DNA of 64,000 nt, taken from contig JAHPZE010000024.1 in assembly GCA_019058365.1 (NCBI GenBank), positions 1 through 64,000 of the forward strand, in the 5' to 3' direction. This stretch comes from Promethearchaeota archaeon. GTDB lineage: Archaea; Asgardarchaeota; Lokiarchaeia; Sigyniarchaeales; SOKP01. Shown here one piece after another: positions 59,846 through 64,000 of the stretch; position 1 is the stretch's first letter, and each line of letters opens with the position of its first letter. Both the position numbers and the translations under genes were made by a program. The notes beneath the pieces were generated by a model, which made no database searches, was not told the DNA's origin, and was given only the letters and a program-made list of their open reading frames with translations.

Positions 59846-60172
59846 TTAGTTAATCTGAATGCTAAATCTTTTTTTTAATTGTTTGATTCCTTCAATAGAT
59901 ATGAAATATTTTGGATTTTTTCCCTTTTTTTGAATTATCCAATTCTGTTTTATGCAGTAATCTAAAAAACCGCCCCCAACTATAAATGGATTAATAGGTT
60001 TTAATTTTTCAGTCCTTAATATCTCATCAGTGATATTTTCTTTATGCCATTTTTCATCTTCTTCCTTAGATATTCTCATTTTCTTCATAAATTCTTCATG
60101 TTCCTTATCTGTCATATCTCTAGGTTCCATATGCCATTTATCATGCTCTTCAGAATTTATATCCATTCCCAT
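59846..60172 (-). CDS. Small His/Glu/Met-rich hypothetical protein
   Basis: Repeats EEHDKWH / KEHEEF / EEDEKWH. Confidence 0.75.
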   Translation of the reverse strand: MGMDINSEEHDKWHMEPRDMTDKEHEEFMKKMRISKEEDEKWHKENITDEILRTEKLKPINPFIVGGGFLDYCIKQNWIIQKKGKNPKYFISIEGIKQLKKRFSIQIN

Positions 60173-60241
60173 ATGTTTGATTTTTTTTGCCAGTGAAACA
60201 TCACCATGAATTTTAAATCAAATTAGTATTTTTGAAAATAT

Positions 60242-60267
60242 AAATATTTCGGAAAACCGAAACATTT
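60242..60267. promoter_or_regulatory. Palindromic operator between divergent genes (likely MarR site)
   Basis: aaatatttcgg-aaaa-ccgaaacattt, 11-bp arms with one mismatch. Confidence 0.6.
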
Positions 60268-60305
60268 TTAGATTGTGATTTATACTAATCATTAAAAACT
60301 AATAG

Positions 60306-60728
60306 ATGAAAATGAAATTAGATAATTCTTTTGATAAATTTTTTAAAATTATTAGTATAATTTTTGAAAAATATTATTATCCACCTATAAAACAAGTAGA
60401 AAGGAAAGATTTAACTAAGGTTGGATTTGCTTTTATAAATTTCATTGGTTTCCGAAAACAATGTTTTATTAAAGAATTTGTTAAAATGTTTAGCATCTCT
60501 CCTAGTACTGCCTCTGAACATATAGAACGATTATACAATACAAATTATATTTATAAACACCCTCATAGAACCGATAAACGAAAAGTAATGGTATCATTAA
60601 CAGATAAAGGATTAGAACTTTTACAACAGTTTAACAAAAGGAAATACCGCTTATTAAGAGAAAGATTTTTAAAGCTAGATGAAAAAAATGTCAAAAATCT
60701 TATTGAGCTTTTATCAGAATTCTTATAA
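60306..60728 (+). CDS. MarR-family transcriptional regulator
   Basis: ISPSTAS..IERL....YI......DKRKVMVSLTDKG. Confidence 0.9.
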   Translation: MKMKLDNSFDKFFKIISIIFEKYYYPPIKQVERKDLTKVGFAFINFIGFRKQCFIKEFVKMFSISPSTASEHIERLYNTNYIYKHPHRTDKRKVMVSLTDKGLELLQQFNKRKYRLLRERFLKLDEKNVKNLIELLSEFL

Positions 60729-61057
60729 ATAAATTTTTCATTACAATTGAAATATCAACTATAATAATATTTTTTGAAGAAGAATCCATCTTATACAAAG
60801 AAAAATTCTCATATTCTGCTGGAGAAACACCAATGTTTCTAAAAAAATTTTTCCTATAGCTGATAAACAACAATTTATAAAAGAAGAAAAAAAAGTTACT
60901 ATAATTACCATGCTTTTTGAATAAAATAATATCAGCAATAGCTAATCAACACTAAATAGTAAAAGGAACTCAATTAATTTTATCATAATAGGTTTAGTTA
61001 AAAATTCTATCCAAAAGTTTTAAATTAAATAATAAGAATGTATCTAATTGAAGAAAT

Positions 61058-61891
61058 ATGGGAATTGTAGGAGCATTTATTCTTCCTCATGGATCCATGA
61101 TTTTAGATCCTAATAAGAATGGAATATCAAATCAAGCAATTAAGTTACACTTTGAAATGAAAAAAATTGGGAAAATTATTAGTCAATTATCTCCTGATGT
61201 AATTTTTCTAACAACTCCTCATAGTATCGCATTGTCTTATGATTATGGGATATACTTAAACAAGATTGCGAGTGGGACAGCAGAGTGGAATGGTGAATAT
61301 GGAGAATTTAGTATAGATATAAGATTATCTCAAGAGTTATCTACTAAACTTTTGAATTTTCTACAAGATAAAAAGAGTGCAGTCCAAGGAATTTCAGCAT
61401 ATTCATCAAGTGTAAGTGTTCCTTTGCAATGGGGTGAAGTGGTACCTCTCTGGTTTTTAAAAGCCTTACAATTAAATTTGGATTATATCATTCTCTCTCA
61501 ACCACTGAGAAGGTTGGAACGTGCAAAGAGTATGATAACAGAATCAATATCTTTGGGAACTCATTTGAAAAAGTTTTTTGAATCAATTGATAAACGAGTA
61601 GCTCTAATAGTAAGTGCTGATCTTAGTCATACACATGAAAAGGAAGGGCCATATGGGTTTTCGGAAGAAGCGGAAATATTTGATAAGATGATTCAAGATT
61701 GGGCAGCCAGTTTGAATAACCAAATTCTAACTGAAAAAATCGTCCCAATTTTAGATAAAGCAATGTGTTGTGGATTAATCGGATTCGCTATTCTCCAAGG
61801 AATGATAGGAAATGACAACTTTAAACCAAATGTATTAATTCGAGAATCACCCTCCTATTATGGAATGATGGTCGCTTCATATCTCAAATAA
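61058..61891 (+). CDS. Class III extradiol dioxygenase subunit B (LigB/MEMO)-like protein
   Basis: ILPHG, TPH, WGEVVPL, SADLSH, GPYG, CG, YYGM. Confidence 0.85.
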   Translation: MGIVGAFILPHGSMILDPNKNGISNQAIKLHFEMKKIGKIISQLSPDVIFLTTPHSIALSYDYGIYLNKIASGTAEWNGEYGEFSIDIRLSQELSTKLLNFLQDKKSAVQGISAYSSSVSVPLQWGEVVPLWFLKALQLNLDYIILSQPLRRLERAKSMITESISLGTHLKKFFESIDKRVALIVSADLSHTHEKEGPYGFSEEAEIFDKMIQDWAASLNNQILTEKIVPILDKAMCCGLIGFAILQGMIGNDNFKPNVLIRESPSYYGMMVASYLK

Positions 61892-61929
61892 TTATAAAAA
61901 GTTGAAAAATAAATTAGAGATAAATTGTA

Positions 61930-62025
61930 AAAATTATACATAATAATGAGTCTACTGACCAAAATGTTCTCAATATCCCGGAAACTCTAAACTTCTCTAT
62001 AGAAATGAAAGATAAGTTTCAATAA
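61930..62025 (+). pseudogene. Older, decayed duplicate of the AACS 3' end (copy 3)
   Basis: KIIHNNESTDQNVLNIPETLNFSIEMKDKFQ* is gapless against KIIHGMEVANRGALRNPESLD(F/Y)YM(Q/E)MKDKL(K/Q)*, 14-15 of 31 aa identical with the same stop position. Confidence 0.8.
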
Positions 62026-62124
62026 TTTTTATTTTTTTTTTCCTTATTTAGGATTAAACAAAAATATAAAGTTTATTCAATAATAGTTAAAATAGAACAA
62101 AAAAACAAAAAAATTAACAGGCGA

Positions 62125-62601
62125 TTGATTATAACAAAAGTTTGGATGATTTATCATACTAAAAGTGGTAATTGCAGAAAAATATGTGAGGATATAACAG
62201 AAAAATTAAAGGATAAATATGAAATCAGAACTGATGAAGTAAAAAGAATTAAACCAGAAGATATAAGTAATCATCCTCCAGATGTATTAATAGTGGGATC
62301 AAGGATTACATTTGGTAAACCTGATAAAACTATAACAGGTTTTATTAAAAAGTTAGGTAAAAAGTTGGAGGCTCCAATACCAAAAGCAGCAACTTTTTAT
62401 ACACATATGTCTCCTTGGCAAAGTGATTTCGCTAAAATGAAAAGTACTCTTAAAGAAAACAACGTGGCAAAGGAAATTCTTCTTGATTTTCTTGAATTCA
62501 AAATACAAGACACAGGAAAAATGAGTGGTCCTCCAGAGCTAGGTCAGGAACCAAAAATTGACGATTTTGTGGGTAAAGTTCGAGAATTTATAGGAATTTG
62601 A
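62125..62601 (+). CDS. Flavodoxin-like protein
   Basis: IYHTKSGNC..I, LIVGS, ATFYT. Confidence 0.8.
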   Translation: MIITKVWMIYHTKSGNCRKICEDITEKLKDKYEIRTDEVKRIKPEDISNHPPDVLIVGSRITFGKPDKTITGFIKKLGKKLEAPIPKAATFYTHMSPWQSDFAKMKSTLKENNVAKEILLDFLEFKIQDTGKMSGPPELGQEPKIDDFVGKVREFIGI

Positions 62602-62650
62602 AAATAACTTATTATTTATTTTTTTTAATTCATTATTTTTTCATTTTTAA

Positions 62651-63075
62651 TTAGATGATTTTACAAGAAGTTTCAATAGTAAGAAAAGCTAAATTATACG
62701 CTCTTATGCATTTTAATCGTTTTCTAACGGTTTTAAGAGATAATCCAATATAATCAGCTATATCTATTATAGGTTTCCTTGCATCTCTATTTAAAGTCTT
62801 TAATATCTTATAATCAATGCTTGTAAGTGGTTCTGGGGATGTTATATAAGGCGTTTTAACTATCCCTATATCTGGGGTATTATATTTAGCGGTTCTTATA
62901 ACATAGCTACTGTAATCCTGAAGTAAAGAGATATCTCTCAATTGCCCAACAACCATCAGAAATTTACCGCTTGCTATTACAATGGCATTGATATTTCATG
63001 TTGTCCTAACTCCTTACTAACCGCATCTAATGACTTTGCTTGAAAAATACTAAAAATCACGACCACTAGATACTT
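62651..63075 (-). pseudogene. Fragmented Lrp/AsnC-type regulator
   Basis: IDYKILKTLNRDARKPIIDIA..IGLS.KTVRKRL HTH; upstream coding-like sequence appears frameshifted; truncated C-terminus. Confidence 0.6.
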
Positions 63076-63398
63076 CAATACAATAAGACTTGGTCGAGCA
63101 ATAAAAGATTCAATAATTTTATCATTGCTGTCATACACAAAGGACAAGGTTCATGTGTAGATAGTAAAATACAATTTTCTAACTCCTTACCAATTATTTT
63201 TGTTACTTTTTTTGTACAATTAATTTCAGCATAAGTAGTTGGATCGTTATCAGTTATCTCAGTATCATGTGATTGGGCTAATAACTTATCATTTTTTACT
63301 ATGACTACACCAAAACCTTTATTACCCTCTTTAAAAGAAATTTTTACTTCTTGGAATGCGATTTCCATAAATCCTTCATAATATTCTTTTGAACGCAT
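63075..63398 (-). pseudogene. Truncated nucleoside (guanine/tRNA adenosine-type) deaminase
   Basis: FGVVIVK, HEPCPLC present but HAE mutated to YAE; frame degenerates after the Cys pair. Confidence 0.7.
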
Positions 63399-63680
63399 AG
63401 AAATTACATTAAGAATATATTTCTGAAAAATTAAAATTAATTAAGATGGTATTATGTAATAAGTTGCTTCTATTAAAAATAAATACACAAAATTTTATTC
63501 TAAAGGCAAATTGCAATATGCTTTAACATCAGAGTCAACTATATAAAAGCTGACTTTATAAGATAAAATCATAATATTTTTTAAAAACTAAATCTAACTA
63601 ATAATTGTTATTATTTAGGAATCTATCTGAGAATTGAATTTAGATTCCATACAAATTTGAATTACTTACCTATTTAATAA

Positions 63681-64000
<320 letters not shown>

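Overview
AT-rich archaeal chromosomal window, most likely from an Asgard archaeon (Lokiarchaeia-like). The evidence is an HMf-type histone, an Sm/LSm protein, roadblock-Rab GTPase fusions, a RING-H2 protein, a longin-like protein, PGY-TM-basic C-terminal sorting signals, tungsten AOR and thiC/thiDN. Main discovery: the acetoacetyl-CoA synthetase (AACS) gene is interrupted by a 30-nt insert (53861-53890) that folds into a near-canonical bulge-helix-bulge (BHB). Cutting at the positions predicted for the archaeal tRNA-splicing endonuclease restores the frame and the conserved WMMWNW motif exactly, making it a candidate mRNA mini-intron. Directly downstream are a free-standing LAGLIDADG endonuclease and an NTPase-HEPN gene. 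These are followed by two successively more decayed copies of the AACS 3' end (59592-59771, 61930-62025), each closing a block of cargo genes, which suggests repeated gene-tail-replacement integration without an integrase. The same architecture occurs at ppa (tail copy 8498-8581). Also notable: a possible proto-coat cluster (mu-adaptin-like, BBS2-like propeller, longin), tandem roadblock-GTPase-pseudoGTPase genes, six tandem RimJ/L GNATs, an ATT-initiated gene, and a katG that begins at the window end. All calls come from reading motifs by eye; no searches were run.
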